NCBI GenBank assembly: GCA_966250375.1
Contig: CBINHE010000002.1
Coordinates: forward strand, 7,961-71,960
Length of the DNA stretch: 64,000 nt
Direction of reading: 5' to 3'
DNA from: an uncultured Oxalobacteraceae bacterium
GTDB taxonomy: Bacteria > Pseudomonadota > Gammaproteobacteria > Burkholderiales > Burkholderiaceae_D
Shown here: positions 22,037-31,546 of the stretch, in pieces
Numbering within the stretch: position 1 is the first letter of the stretch
Layout of the letters: each line of letters starts with the position of its first letter
Made by a program: the position numbers and the translations under genes
Notes under the pieces: generated by a model
What the model was told of the DNA's origin: nothing
Database searches by the model: none
Seen by the model: the letters and a program-made list of their open reading frames with translations, nothing else

Positions 22037-23245
22037 TTGATTTTATCAACAATGTTTGATGCAGTACTGAATTTTTTATCGAATGGTCTTACGAGTGCGA
22101 CGAGCTGGGAAGTCGTTATTTATACGCTCGTTGTCACGCACATCACGATTGCGGCTGTCACGATTTTCCTGCATCGCAGTCAGGCGCATCGTGCGCTCGA
22201 TTTGCATGCCATTCCGAGTCATTTCTTCCGCTTTTGGCTGTGGTTGACAACCGGTATGGTCACCAAGGAGTGGGCGGCCATCCACCGCAAGCACCACGCC
22301 AAGTGCGAAACCGAAGAAGACCCGCATAGCCCGGTAACACGAGGCATCAAGAAGGTGCTGCTGGAAGGTTCGGAGCTTTATCGCACCGAATCGAAAAATC
22401 TCGAGACGATCGAAAAGTATGGTCATGGCACGCCCGATGACTGGATCGAACGCAATCTGTATACCAAATACAGCTGGCAGGGTGTCGCCCTGATGATGAT
22501 TATCAACGTGTTGCTGTTCGGTGTGATCGGTGTGACGGTATGGGCGATACAGATGTTGTGGATTCCGATTTTTGCAGCCGGCGTGATCAACGGTATCGGC
22601 CATTTTTGGGGTTATCGCAATTATGAAAGCACCGATGCAGCAACCAATATCGTCCCGTGGGGTATCCTCATCGGCGGCGAAGAACTGCACAACAATCATC
22701 ACACGTTCGGAACCTCGGCCAAACTGTCGTCCAAGTGGTATGAATTCGATATCGGCTGGATGTACATTCGCATCCTCGAAATCGCGGGTTTGGCGAAAGT
22801 GAAAAAAGTAGCGCCGGCGCCGAAATTCGACCGTGAAAAACTGGTTGCTGATTTCGAAACGCTGCAATCGGTCATCGCCAACCGCTATGACGTGACTGCG
22901 AAATATGCGAAATCCTTGAAGCAGGCATGGCACGATGAGCTTGAGGTATTGAAAGACAAAGCCAAGCTGGAAGCCGCTTTTCTGAGGTCGTCCAAAAAGT
23001 TGCTGCAGCGTGAGCCTGCCAAATTGGAGGCGCCGCAAAAGCAGCAGCTTACGGAATTGTTTGCGCACAGCAAGGCGTTGCAAACGATGCACGAAATGCG
23101 CGTCGAACTTGGTGCAATCTGGGAGCGTTCGCATGCCAGTCGCGACCAACTGCTGCAGCAGTTGCAAGACTGGTGTGCAAGAGCGGAAGCGTCCGGTATC
23201 CAAGCTTTGCGCGACTTCTCCATGCGTTTGCGTAGTTATGCATAA
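22037..23245 (+). CDS. Membrane acyl-CoA/acyl-lipid delta-9-type fatty acid desaturase
   Basis: Three His boxes: HRSQAH, HRKHH, HNNHH. TTG 22037 or ATG 22052 start. Confidence 0.9.
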   Translation: MILSTMFDAVLNFLSNGLTSATSWEVVIYTLVVTHITIAAVTIFLHRSQAHRALDLHAIPSHFFRFWLWLTTGMVTKEWAAIHRKHHAKCETEEDPHSPVTRGIKKVLLEGSELYRTESKNLETIEKYGHGTPDDWIERNLYTKYSWQGVALMMIINVLLFGVIGVTVWAIQMLWIPIFAAGVINGIGHFWGYRNYESTDAATNIVPWGILIGGEELHNNHHTFGTSAKLSSKWYEFDIGWMYIRILEIAGLAKVKKVAPAPKFDREKLVADFETLQSVIANRYDVTAKYAKSLKQAWHDELEVLKDKAKLEAAFLRSSKKLLQREPAKLEAPQKQQLTELFAHSKALQTMHEMRVELGAIWERSHASRDQLLQQLQDWCARAEASGIQALRDFSMRLRSYA

Positions 23246-23313
23246 ACGACGAGCAGTCATGATGCGCCCAAGGGGGCGCTAGCACTCCCGCCCACTGCTG
23301 ACGTCATTCCACT

Positions 23314-23352
23314 AAACGCGATCACGATTTACTGGTCGCGTTTTTGTTTTTT
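23314..23352 (+). terminator. Hairpin plus T-run after the desaturase gene
   Basis: acgcgatca...tggtcgcgt (1 mismatch) followed by tttttgtttttttt. Confidence 0.5.
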
Positions 23353-23404
23353 TTGCGTTTGGAAAAAGTAGGCTGTTCCGGATTTTTGAACTGAAGGACC
23401 TAAC

Positions 23405-23441
23405 AAAAAGCCCCGCATGATTGGATCATGCGGGGCTTTTT
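23405..23441. terminator. Bidirectional terminator (A-run, hairpin, T-run)
   Basis: aaaaa-gccccgcatga-ttgg-atcatgcggggc-ttttt. Lies just downstream of rpmG (minus) and the desaturase gene (plus). Confidence 0.7.
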
Positions 23442-23457
23442 GCCGAACCGGGATCGA

Positions 23458-23625
23458 TTATTTGATCTTGGTTTCTTTGTATGCCACGTGCTTGCGTGCC
23501 TTGGGATCGAACTTCATGATCTCCATTTTTTCAGGCGTGGTGCGCTTGTTTTTTGTGGTGGTGTAGAAATGACCCGTGCCTGCGGTCGATTCCAGCTTGA
23601 TTTTGTCGCGGCCGGATTTAGCCAT
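23458..23625 (-). CDS. rpmG: 50S ribosomal protein L33
   Basis: Below the ORF-track cutoff. My translation: [55 protein letters not shown] (55 aa). Confidence 0.95.
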   Translation of the reverse strand: MAKSGRDKIKLESTAGTGHFYTTTKNKRTTPEKMEIMKFDPKARKHVAYKETKIK

Positions 23626-23656
23626 GATTTTTCCTTTTATCTTGTCAGTCGGGAAC

Positions 23657-23697
23657 AGAGCGGGCCGCGTAGGCGAGGACGCCTAGGTTGCCGCTCT
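23657..23697. repeat. Inverted repeat / nested hairpin in the rpmB-rpmG spacer
   Basis: AGAGCGG...taggcg-agga-cgccta...CCGCTCT. Outer arms match the termini of the TAGAGCGG repeat family. Confidence 0.4.
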
Positions 23698-23719
23698 ATG
23701 CCGCAATTTCTAAAATTCG

Positions 23720-23956
23720 TTAGACTTTTTCGCCGCGGGCGCGCATATCGGCCAGCACGGCATCAATGCCGATTTTATCGATGACACGCAAGCCAGCGTT
23801 GGACAAGCGCAGCGATACCCAGCGATTTTCAGATTCAACGAAAAAACGGCGGTTTTGCAGGTTAGGCAAAAAGCGGCGTTTCGTTTTGTTATTTGCATGG
23901 GAAACGTTGTTGCCGACCATCGGCCCCTTCCCGGTGACTTGGCAGACACGTGCCAT
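23720..23956 (-). CDS. rpmB: 50S ribosomal protein L28
   Basis: [34 protein letters not shown]... Confidence 0.97.
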   Translation of the reverse strand: MARVCQVTGKGPMVGNNVSHANNKTKRRFLPNLQNRRFFVESENRWVSLRLSNAGLRVIDKIGIDAVLADMRARGEKV

Positions 23957-24095
23957 GTTTTACTCCTCAAAGATTTCCGAAATTGGAAAAAACAAGAGTA
24001 TAGCGAAAAAAATCAGATATTTCAATGACTTGCGGAAAACAAGTGTGTCATGAAAAATCAATTGATTTAACAATTTTGTCGTGGGTTTGCCTTTG

Positions 24096-24770
24096 CTACA
24101 AATGTCCATGTTCCGCAAATGAGTAGACCTGCCGTCCAGCCACCACGAAGTGATCGAGTACCCGCACATCTACCAGCGCAAGGGCCTGCTTCAACGCTTG
24201 CGTCAATGTATGGTCGGCCGCACTGGGTTCGGCACTGCCGGATGGATGATTGTGGGCCATGATGATACTGGCTGCGTTATGCGCTAGCGACACCTTGACG
24301 ACTTCACGCGGATAGACGCTGGTGTGCGTCAGGGTGCCACGAAACATCTCTTCGCTGGCAATCAGGCGGTTTTTTACGTCCAGGAACAGCACGGCAAACG
24401 ATTCATATGGTTTGCTGCCTAACAGAAGCTGCAGATAATGTTTTACCGCCTGCGGCGAACTGAGGGTGACGCCGGCTTTCAACTCTTCTCCCAGCGCTCG
24501 CCGCGCCAGTTCCAGCACCGCCTGTAATTGCGCGAATTTGGCCGGCCCAAGTCCATTGATCTGCGAAAAATCGGTGAGCGTCGCGGAAAACAAGCCATTG
24601 AGCGAACCAAAATGGCCCACCATGTCGCGCCCGAGATCCACCGCACTCTTGCCTGTTACGCCAACCCGCAGGAATACCGCCAGCAATTCCGCGTCGGACA
24701 GGCTTTGCGGGCCATGTTTAATGAGTCGCTCGCGCGGACGTTGTTCTTGTGGCCAGTCGGTGATTGCCAT
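24096..24770 (-). CDS. radC: RadC-family (UPF0758, JAMM-like) protein
   Basis: N-terminal HhH region ([14 protein letters not shown]) and C-terminal HNHPSG..PS..D motif. Adjacent to rpmBG as in enterobacteria. Confidence 0.9.
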   Translation of the reverse strand: MAITDWPQEQRPRERLIKHGPQSLSDAELLAVFLRVGVTGKSAVDLGRDMVGHFGSLNGLFSATLTDFSQINGLGPAKFAQLQAVLELARRALGEELKAGVTLSSPQAVKHYLQLLLGSKPYESFAVLFLDVKNRLIASEEMFRGTLTHTSVYPREVVKVSLAHNAASIIMAHNHPSGSAEPSAADHTLTQALKQALALVDVRVLDHFVVAGRQVYSFAEHGHL

Positions 24771-24844
24771 TATCTGTTTGAGAGGGGGAGTTTAGAAGGA
24801 ACGTGGCTTAAAATAGCGAGCTATCATGCCACCCCGGATTTTCA

Positions 24845-25300
24845 ATGTCAAATTCACAATACATCGTTGTTGGCGAAAACGCCTATCTCACACTGCACTA
24901 CCGCCTCTCATCCATGGATGGTGCGGATATCGTCAGCACTTTTCAGGATAATCCAGCGACGCTTCAGCTCGGCACGGGCCAGCTCGCGCCGTTTCTCGAG
25001 GCGTGTTTGATCGGGTTGCCGGAAGGCGCGTGCGAAACTTTCGAACTGCAGCCGGAAAAAGCATTCGGTCCGCGCAATCCCGATCTAATACAAAAAGTGT
25101 CGCGTGCCACGCTGGACGAAAATTCGCCTGCGGATGCGGATTATGCGATTGGCGATGTGGTGGAGTTTGCGGCGCCTTCAGGTGGCCGGTTTGCCGGCGT
25201 GTTGCGTGAAATCGATGCAGAAGATGCATTGTTCGATTTTAATCACCCTTTGGCTGGACAGACGCTGAAATTCGAAGTGAAAATTATCGGCATATTGTGA
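24845..25300 (+). CDS. fkpB: FKBP-type peptidyl-prolyl cis-trans isomerase (SlpA/FkpB type)
   Basis: 151 aa with FKBP fold and insert-in-flap pattern (LHYRL...G.LI.GLE..L.G...G....DFNHPLAG..L.F.V.I). Directly upstream of ispH. Confidence 0.85.
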   Translation: MSNSQYIVVGENAYLTLHYRLSSMDGADIVSTFQDNPATLQLGTGQLAPFLEACLIGLPEGACETFELQPEKAFGPRNPDLIQKVSRATLDENSPADADYAIGDVVEFAAPSGGRFAGVLREIDAEDALFDFNHPLAGQTLKFEVKIIGIL

Positions 25301-25357
25301 GAATGAATGATCGCCTCGCTGGTCTTGATCAAGATTTCGTAGTTCTTAGGATTAAAA

Positions 25358-26305
25358 ATGGATAAAGAAATTTTACTCGCGCAGCCGCGCGGTTTCTGTG
25401 CCGGGGTCGACCGTGCGATCGAAATCGTTGAACGCGCGTTGCAGCAGTTCGGCGCGCCGATCTATGTGCGCCATGAAATCGTGCATAACGCCTATGTGGT
25501 TGATGATCTGCGCACCAAAGGTGCGATTTTTATTGAAGAACTGGCGGACGTCCCGGCCGGCAATACTGTCGTGTTTTCTGCGCATGGCGTGTCCAAGGCG
25601 GTGCAGGTCGAGGCTGACGCGCGCGGCTTGCGTGTATTCGATGCGACTTGTCCTTTGGTGACCAAGGTCCATATCGAGGTCGCCAAGATGCGTCGTGAAG
25701 GTCGTGAAATCATCATGATTGGTCATGACGGACATCCGGAAGTGGAAGGCACGATGGGACAGGCGGAAGAGGGCATGTACCTGGTTGAAAATGTTGCCGA
25801 TGTGGAAAAGCTCATTGTGGCCAACGCCGACATGTTGGCCTATGTGTCGCAGACGACGTTGTCCGTTGACGATACTGCGGACGTGATTGCGGCGCTGAAG
25901 CATAAATTTCCCAATATCACGGCGCCGAAAAGAGGCGATATTTGTTATGCGACGACTAACCGGCAGGAGGCAGTCAAATTCATGGCGCCACAGGTTGAGG
26001 TGGTGATCGTGGTGGGTAGTCCGAATAGCTCCAACTCCAATCGCTTGCGTGAAGTTGCTGAAAAGAAGGGCGTAACCGCCTACATGGTGGACAACGCTTC
26101 GCAAATCGACTCCGCTTGGCTGAACGGGAAAACACGCATTGGCGTGACAGCCGGCGCCTCAGCACCAGAGATATTGGTGCAAGCGGTCATCAACCGATTG
26201 AAAGAATGCGGTGCCAAGAGCGTACGGCCATTGGCAGGGGTCGAGGAGCATGTTACTTTCCCTCTGCCAAAGGGGCTGAATGGCGTTCCACTAGTGCGAA
26301 ATTAA
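25358..26305 (+). CDS. ispH: 4-hydroxy-3-methylbut-2-enyl diphosphate reductase
   Basis: [41 protein letters not shown] motifs including the three cluster cysteines. Confidence 0.97.
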   Translation: MDKEILLAQPRGFCAGVDRAIEIVERALQQFGAPIYVRHEIVHNAYVVDDLRTKGAIFIEELADVPAGNTVVFSAHGVSKAVQVEADARGLRVFDATCPLVTKVHIEVAKMRREGREIIMIGHDGHPEVEGTMGQAEEGMYLVENVADVEKLIVANADMLAYVSQTTLSVDDTADVIAALKHKFPNITAPKRGDICYATTNRQEAVKFMAPQVEVVIVVGSPNSSNSNRLREVAEKKGVTAYMVDNASQIDSAWLNGKTRIGVTAGASAPEILVQAVINRLKECGAKSVRPLAGVEEHVTFPLPKGLNGVPLVRN

Positions 26306-26507
26306 ATTTAGAGCATTCAGTCAATTTCTACAAGAAAGTTCATTTTTTAAAGTGGCGATTTTGCAGAATGCAATATCACGGTCACTACTGCAATGCGGGT
26401 TTGGGAAAAAGCTTTTTTGCTTTACACAAAAATTGTGATGTGGCACAAAGAGCTCAACTTATCGCGCTGTCCGGTCACCGCGAGTGCAATATCATCGGCC
26501 TCGGTAT

Positions 26508-26631
26508 TAGAGCGGTTTGCGAATCAGTGTAAGGGGCCAATCTCGGGCCTGCGGTGCTCGGTGTACATCACGTACACGTGCGCTCCTCGGCCCGACCTCG
26601 GCTCCCTTGCACAGACCCGCAAACCGCTCTA
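26508..26631. mobile_element. MITE-like hairpin repeat, TAGAGCGG family, copy A1 (124 bp)
   Basis: Termini TAGAGCGGTTTGCG / CGCAAACCGCTCTA (14 bp perfect, imperfect out to about 27 bp). Internal gcggtgctcg-hairpin-gcgctcctcg...ccttgc module shared with the other copies. Confidence 0.65.
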
Positions 26632-26907
26632 GTGACAGTGCATAAGCAAGGGCCAAAAATATGATAAAAATTTCCATCGAAAGCCATTTAGGAAAGACAA
26701 GATCATGAGCAGTAGTCACACCATCAATAATCCGCAAGTCCGGACTCATCTTTTCCTATAACCAATACTCAAGCATAAGCGACGCGCAGGCAATTTTTGC
26801 TGAATGTGATTTTTTTGCCTGGAATGATTTCTGCTTATCAACATAATGCATTGCGCTGGCGTCGTCACAGCTTTTTTCGATCCGATTTTTTAGAGAGCAA
26901 GAAAATT

Positions 26908-27837
26908 ATGGATACACTTATCCAACAGATTATCAACGGGCTCGTTCTCGGCAGCATGTATGCCTTGGTCGCGCTCGGCTACACGATGGTGTACGGCGTC
27001 CTGAATCTGATCAACTTTGCACATGGCGATGTGCTGATGGTAGGGGCAATGGTCGGTATCACGATCCTGAAAATAGTGCAAACTGCGGCGCCGGATTTGC
27101 CCGGTGTCGTCAAGCTGATCATTGCGATCATTGGTGCGATTCCGGTGTGCATCGCCGTCAATGTGTTGATCGAACGTATCGCCTACCGGAGACTGCGCAA
27201 TGCGCCGCGATTGGCGCCGCTGATCACCGCAATCGGCGTATCAATTCTGTTGCAAACTTTTGCGATGATGATATGGGGCCGCAACCCGGTAACCTTTCCG
27301 CAAGTCATGCCGTCCGAATCGCTCCATTTCTTCGGTGCTCTCATTTCGCCAACCCAGGTGATGCTGCTGATACTGGCGACATTGTCGATGATGGGCTTGT
27401 TATTGCTGGTTGAAAAAACAAAAATGGGGCGCGCGATGCGCGCAACTGCCGAAAATCCCCGTGTAGCCGGCTTGATGGGTGTGGATTCCAATAAAGTCGT
27501 CGTGCTGACGTTTGCCATCGGTGCAGCTCTCGCCGCGGTCGCGGGCGTGATGTGGGGGGCAACTTATGCATCAGCGCAGTTTGCCATGGGTTTCCTGCCG
27601 GGCCTGAAGGCTTTCTCCGCTGCGGTTCTGGGTGGCATTGGCAACATCTACGGCGCCATGTTAGGCGGTATCCTGCTGGGCTTGATCGAGAGTCTCGGCG
27701 CCGGTTACATCGGTGACCTGACCGGTAACTTCCTGGGCAGCCAGTATCAAGATATCTTTGCATTTGTTGTGCTTATTATTGTCCTCACATTACGGCCGTC
27801 CGGCATCATGGGCGAGCGTGTGGCGGATCGCGCATAA
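26908..27837 (+). CDS. livH: Branched-chain amino acid ABC transporter permease
   Basis: MDTLIQQIINGLVLGSMYALVALGYTMVYG typical LivH N-terminus. ATG 26908 chosen over the ORF-track start 26797. Confidence 0.9.
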   Translation: MDTLIQQIINGLVLGSMYALVALGYTMVYGVLNLINFAHGDVLMVGAMVGITILKIVQTAAPDLPGVVKLIIAIIGAIPVCIAVNVLIERIAYRRLRNAPRLAPLITAIGVSILLQTFAMMIWGRNPVTFPQVMPSESLHFFGALISPTQVMLLILATLSMMGLLLLVEKTKMGRAMRATAENPRVAGLMGVDSNKVVVLTFAIGAALAAVAGVMWGATYASAQFAMGFLPGLKAFSAAVLGGIGNIYGAMLGGILLGLIESLGAGYIGDLTGNFLGSQYQDIFAFVVLIIVLTLRPSGIMGERVADRA

Positions 27838-27848
27838 AGGGGATATTC

Positions 27849-29069
27849 ATGGCTAATTATTTTGGCATCAAACGCAATCCGCGCAAGGCCTATACAGACT
27901 GGATCCTGATCGGCATCGCGGTTGTGATTTTCCCTTTCATTGCCATGCACTTTGGTAACTCCTGGGTGCGGATCATGGACTTCGCCCTGCTGTACATCAT
28001 GCTCGCCCTTGGTCTCAATATCGTGGTCGGTTTTGCCGGGTTGCTGGACTTGGGTTATATCGCATTCTATGCGTTGGGCGCCTACATGACCGGCATCCTG
28101 GCATCGCCGCAATTCGCGACGATATTGGAATCCTTTGTGAACGAATATCCGATGATCGGACATGCGCTGTTGTGGATTTTCGGGCCGGAGATTGCGCAAA
28201 ACGGCATTCATCTGTCGCTATGGTTCATCGTGCCGTTGAGTGCCGCGCTGGCTGCATTTTTTGGCGCGTTGCTGGGTGCACCGACACTGAAACTGCGTGG
28301 CGACTACCTCGCGATCGTGACGCTCGGTTTCGGCGAAATCATCCGCATTTTCATGAATAACCTGAATGCACCGGTCAACATCACGAACGGACCGCAGGGC
28401 ATCAACATGATCGACCCGATCCGGATTTTCGGCGTGTCACTGGCAGGTGAACCCGGATCGCAGGCGACTGTCCATCTCGGCAGTTTTTCGATGCCGTCCG
28501 TGAATGCCTATTACTTCCTGTTTTTGGCATTGTGTGTTGCGATCATTTTTATTACGTTTCGCCTGCAGCACTCCCGCCTGGGGCGCGCATGGGTGGCGAT
28601 TCGTGAAGATGAAATTGCGGCCAAAGCGATGGGTATCAACACACGCAATGTCAAATTGCTCGCGTTCTCGATGGGGGCATCCTTCGGTGGCATCGCCGGC
28701 GCGATGTTCGCGTCGTTCCAGGGCTTCGTGTCGCCCGAATCTTTTTCGTTGATGGAGTCGATCAGCGTATTGGCGATGGTGGTGCTGGGTGGTATCGGAC
28801 ATATCCCGGGCGTCATCCTGGGCGGTGTGATTCTGGCGGCATTGCCGGAAATCCTGCGCCACGTGGTGGAACCGCTGCAACGGAATTTGTTTGGCACCGT
28901 ATTGATCGAAGCCGAAGTGTTGCGCCAATTGCTGTACGGCTTGGCGATGGTCGTCATCATGCTCAATCGTCCATCCGGATTATGGCCGGCGCCCAAGTCC
29001 GAGGATCGTCCCGATCTGGATATCGACGTGGACAAGCCTGCACGCGCAACCGGCGTAGTTGCTGCATAA
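27849..29069 (+). CDS. livM: Branched-chain amino acid ABC transporter permease
   Basis: LDLGYIAFYALGAY, GDYLAIVTLGFGEI, INTR..KLLAF motifs. Confidence 0.9.
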   Translation: MANYFGIKRNPRKAYTDWILIGIAVVIFPFIAMHFGNSWVRIMDFALLYIMLALGLNIVVGFAGLLDLGYIAFYALGAYMTGILASPQFATILESFVNEYPMIGHALLWIFGPEIAQNGIHLSLWFIVPLSAALAAFFGALLGAPTLKLRGDYLAIVTLGFGEIIRIFMNNLNAPVNITNGPQGINMIDPIRIFGVSLAGEPGSQATVHLGSFSMPSVNAYYFLFLALCVAIIFITFRLQHSRLGRAWVAIREDEIAAKAMGINTRNVKLLAFSMGASFGGIAGAMFASFQGFVSPESFSLMESISVLAMVVLGGIGHIPGVILGGVILAALPEILRHVVEPLQRNLFGTVLIEAEVLRQLLYGLAMVVIMLNRPSGLWPAPKSEDRPDLDIDVDKPARATGVVAA

Positions 29070-29079
29070 GGAGAACAAT

Positions 29080-29850
29080 ATGCACGAACAAATTATTCTG
29101 AATATCGCCGGTGTCAGCAAGCGGTTCGGCGGCCTGCAAGCACTGTCCGAAGTCGGCGTCAAGATCATCAAGGGCCAGATTTATGGCTTGATAGGCCCCA
29201 ATGGCGCGGGCAAGACGACGTTCTTCAATGTGCTCACAGGCTTGTATCAGCCGGATACCGGTACCTTCGAACTCGCCGGCAAACCGTATTCACCGTCAGC
29301 ACCGCATGAAGTTGCGAAAGCAGGAATCGCCCGAACGTTCCAGAACATTCGCCTGTTTAGCGAGATGACCGCGCTGGAAAACGTGATGGTCGGCCGTCAC
29401 GTCCGCACCCGTCAGGGCGTGCTCGGTGCGATCCTGCGCCACCGTGCCGCGCGAGAAGAAGAGGCGGCGATCCGCATACGTGCGATGGAATTGCTGGATT
29501 TCGTCGGTATCGCGAAATTCGCGGAGCGCACTTCCAGGCATCTATCCTATGGCGATCAGCGCCGTCTGGAAATTGCCCGTGCACTGGCGACCGATCCCCA
29601 GTTGCTGGCGCTCGATGAACCGGCGGCAGGCATGAATGCGACTGAAAAATTGGGATTGCGCGAGCTTCTCGTCAAGATCAAGGCGGAAGGCAAAACCATC
29701 CTGCTGATCGAACACGACGTGAAATTGATGATGGGACTGTGCGACCGAATCACTGTTCTCGATTACGGCAGGCCGATTGCGGAAGGCGTACCCGCTGACA
29801 TACAAAAAAATCCGGCTGTCATCGCGGCATATTTGGGAGGGGCTCATTAA
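29080..29850 (+). CDS. livG: Branched-chain amino acid ABC transporter ATP-binding protein
   Basis: GPNGAGKTT, LSYGDQRRLEIARAL, LLALDEPAAG. AAGGAGA ribosome-binding site upstream of ATG 29080. Confidence 0.92.
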   Translation: MHEQIILNIAGVSKRFGGLQALSEVGVKIIKGQIYGLIGPNGAGKTTFFNVLTGLYQPDTGTFELAGKPYSPSAPHEVAKAGIARTFQNIRLFSEMTALENVMVGRHVRTRQGVLGAILRHRAAREEEAAIRIRAMELLDFVGIAKFAERTSRHLSYGDQRRLEIARALATDPQLLALDEPAAGMNATEKLGLRELLVKIKAEGKTILLIEHDVKLMMGLCDRITVLDYGRPIAEGVPADIQKNPAVIAAYLGGAH

Positions 29851-30575
29851 TGGTTGAAAACATATTAAAAGTCAGCGGCCTGAAAATTGCATACGGCGGG
29901 ATACAGGCTGTCAAAGGCGTCGATCTTGAAGTCAATAAAGGCGAACTGATTACCTTGATTGGCGCAAACGGCGCCGGCAAGACCACGACGCTGAAGGCGA
30001 TTACCGGTACGCTGCCGGATTGCAAGGTGGAAGGCCATATCGAATACGCTGGCCGGCCGATCAACGGCCGCTCTTCTTTCCAGCTGGTCAAAGAAAATCT
30101 GGCGATGGTACCGGAAGGACGAGGTGTGTTCACTCGCATGTCGGTCCACGAAAACATGCAAATGGGCGCCTATACCCGTAACGATAAAGCAGGCATCAAA
30201 GCGGATATCGAGAAATGGTTCGCGGTTTTCCCGCGTTTGAAAGAGCGTTCAGCGCAGATGGCAGGCACTCTGTCGGGCGGCGAGCAGCAAATGCTGGCGA
30301 TGGCGCGCGCGTTGATGAGCCATCCGAAGCTGCTGTTGCTGGATGAGCCCTCAATGGGATTGTCGCCGATCATGGTCGAAAAGATCTTTGAAGTCGTGCA
30401 CAATGTCTCGGCGCAGGGCGTGACGATTCTGCTGGTCGAGCAAAACGCAAAGCTCGCACTGCAAGCGGCGCACCGGGGCTATGTGATGGAGTCCGGATTG
30501 ATTACGATGACGGGCATTGGAAAAGACATGCTGAATGATCCGAAAGTGCAGGAAGCTTATCTGGGTGAAGGCTGA
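29850..30575 (+). CDS. livF: Branched-chain amino acid ABC transporter ATP-binding protein
   Basis: GANGAGKTT, LSGGEQQMLAMARAL, LLLDEPS. TAATG overlap with livG. Confidence 0.92.
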   Translation: MVENILKVSGLKIAYGGIQAVKGVDLEVNKGELITLIGANGAGKTTTLKAITGTLPDCKVEGHIEYAGRPINGRSSFQLVKENLAMVPEGRGVFTRMSVHENMQMGAYTRNDKAGIKADIEKWFAVFPRLKERSAQMAGTLSGGEQQMLAMARALMSHPKLLLLDEPSMGLSPIMVEKIFEVVHNVSAQGVTILLVEQNAKLALQAAHRGYVMESGLITMTGIGKDMLNDPKVQEAYLGEG

Positions 30576-30630
30576 TCAAGCCTGACCGGTCAGCGACTGG
30601 TCAGAACAATAGATAAGCAACAGATCAAAC

Positions 30631-30670
30631 ACCGCCTTGCAGAGAAATCCGCAAGGCGGTTTTGTTTTGC
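30631..30670 (+). terminator. Rho-independent terminator after livF
   Basis: accgccttgc-agagaaatcc-gcaaggcggt followed by ttttgtttt. Confidence 0.7.
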
Positions 30671-30755
30671 CGGACGGAATATTGCTACTGTCGGCATCGC
30701 ATGCGAGAGGTGCCAGGCAATGGCATAATCAAGCCGTTGTCAAGGAGCCCACACC

Positions 30756-31451
30756 ATGAATTTTGTCTTCCCTCCACGCACTCCCGCAGTCGTTCCTGTC
30801 GCAGGCCGCAATGCTTTTTTTCCTGTTCATCGCATCTATTGCGTTGGTCGCAATTACGTAGAACACGCCAAGGAAATGGGCGGCACCGGCCGCGAAGCGC
30901 CATTCTTTTTCATGAAACCGGCGGACGCTGTTTTGGCTGTGCCGCATGGCGCCGTGGGTGAAATGCCCTATCCTCCGATGACGAACGATTTGCACCACGA
31001 AATCGAGCTGGTCGTCGCGATTGGTAAGGACGGGAAAAACATTAAGGCAGCCGATGCGCGGCAGCATGTATGGGGCTATGCGGTAGGTCTGGACATGACT
31101 CGTCGCGATTTGCAAGGAGACGCAAAGAAGGCCGGCCGCCCGTGGAGTACGGGTAAGGGATTCGATTATTCTGCACCGATTGCGCCGATTCATCCGATGA
31201 ATGACACGGGTTGGATCACACAAGGTGCGATTCATTTGAACGTCAACGGCGCGTCACGTCAAAAGAGCGATATCTCGAAATTAATCTGGAATGTCGCGGA
31301 GACGATTGAGCACTTGTCGAAATACTTCACCTTGCAAGCAGGCGATTTGATTTTTACCGGCACACCGGAGGGCGTCGCCGCAGTCAAGCCCGGTGATTTG
31401 CTTGAGGGGGGAATAGACGGACTGGGCGAATTGCGTGTGAAGATAGTTTGA
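30756..31451 (+). CDS. Fumarylacetoacetate hydrolase-family protein (short form, fumarylpyruvate/acylpyruvate hydrolase-like)
   Basis: 231 aa. YCVGRNY..H..E, FFMKP, HHEIELVV.IG, GFD.S motifs. Confidence 0.85.
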   Translation: MNFVFPPRTPAVVPVAGRNAFFPVHRIYCVGRNYVEHAKEMGGTGREAPFFFMKPADAVLAVPHGAVGEMPYPPMTNDLHHEIELVVAIGKDGKNIKAADARQHVWGYAVGLDMTRRDLQGDAKKAGRPWSTGKGFDYSAPIAPIHPMNDTGWITQGAIHLNVNGASRQKSDISKLIWNVAETIEHLSKYFTLQAGDLIFTGTPEGVAAVKPGDLLEGGIDGLGELRVKIV

Positions 31452-31546
31452 TTTCCTGACCAGCGCATTCTTCGTGTGCATCGTTTTGGCTGGCGCAATG
31501 GGTACCAATCCTTCCATAAGTGCAGTGGACACAGAAGGAGCAAGAC

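Noticed and set aside
22076-23260. 394-aa ORF antisense to the desaturase gene. Similar long antisense ORFs occur at 6203-7048, 8206-9048, 36934-38046 and 44287-45210.
   Set aside because: The opposite strand encodes proteins with unmistakable family motifs. These are stop-poor shadow frames typical of G+C-rich coding DNA, with low-complexity Arg/His/Gly-rich translations.
26507-26749. 80-aa minus-strand ORF upstream of livH.
   Set aside because: Half of it is read from inside repeat copy A1. At most it is a disrupted remnant, and no family is recognisable.
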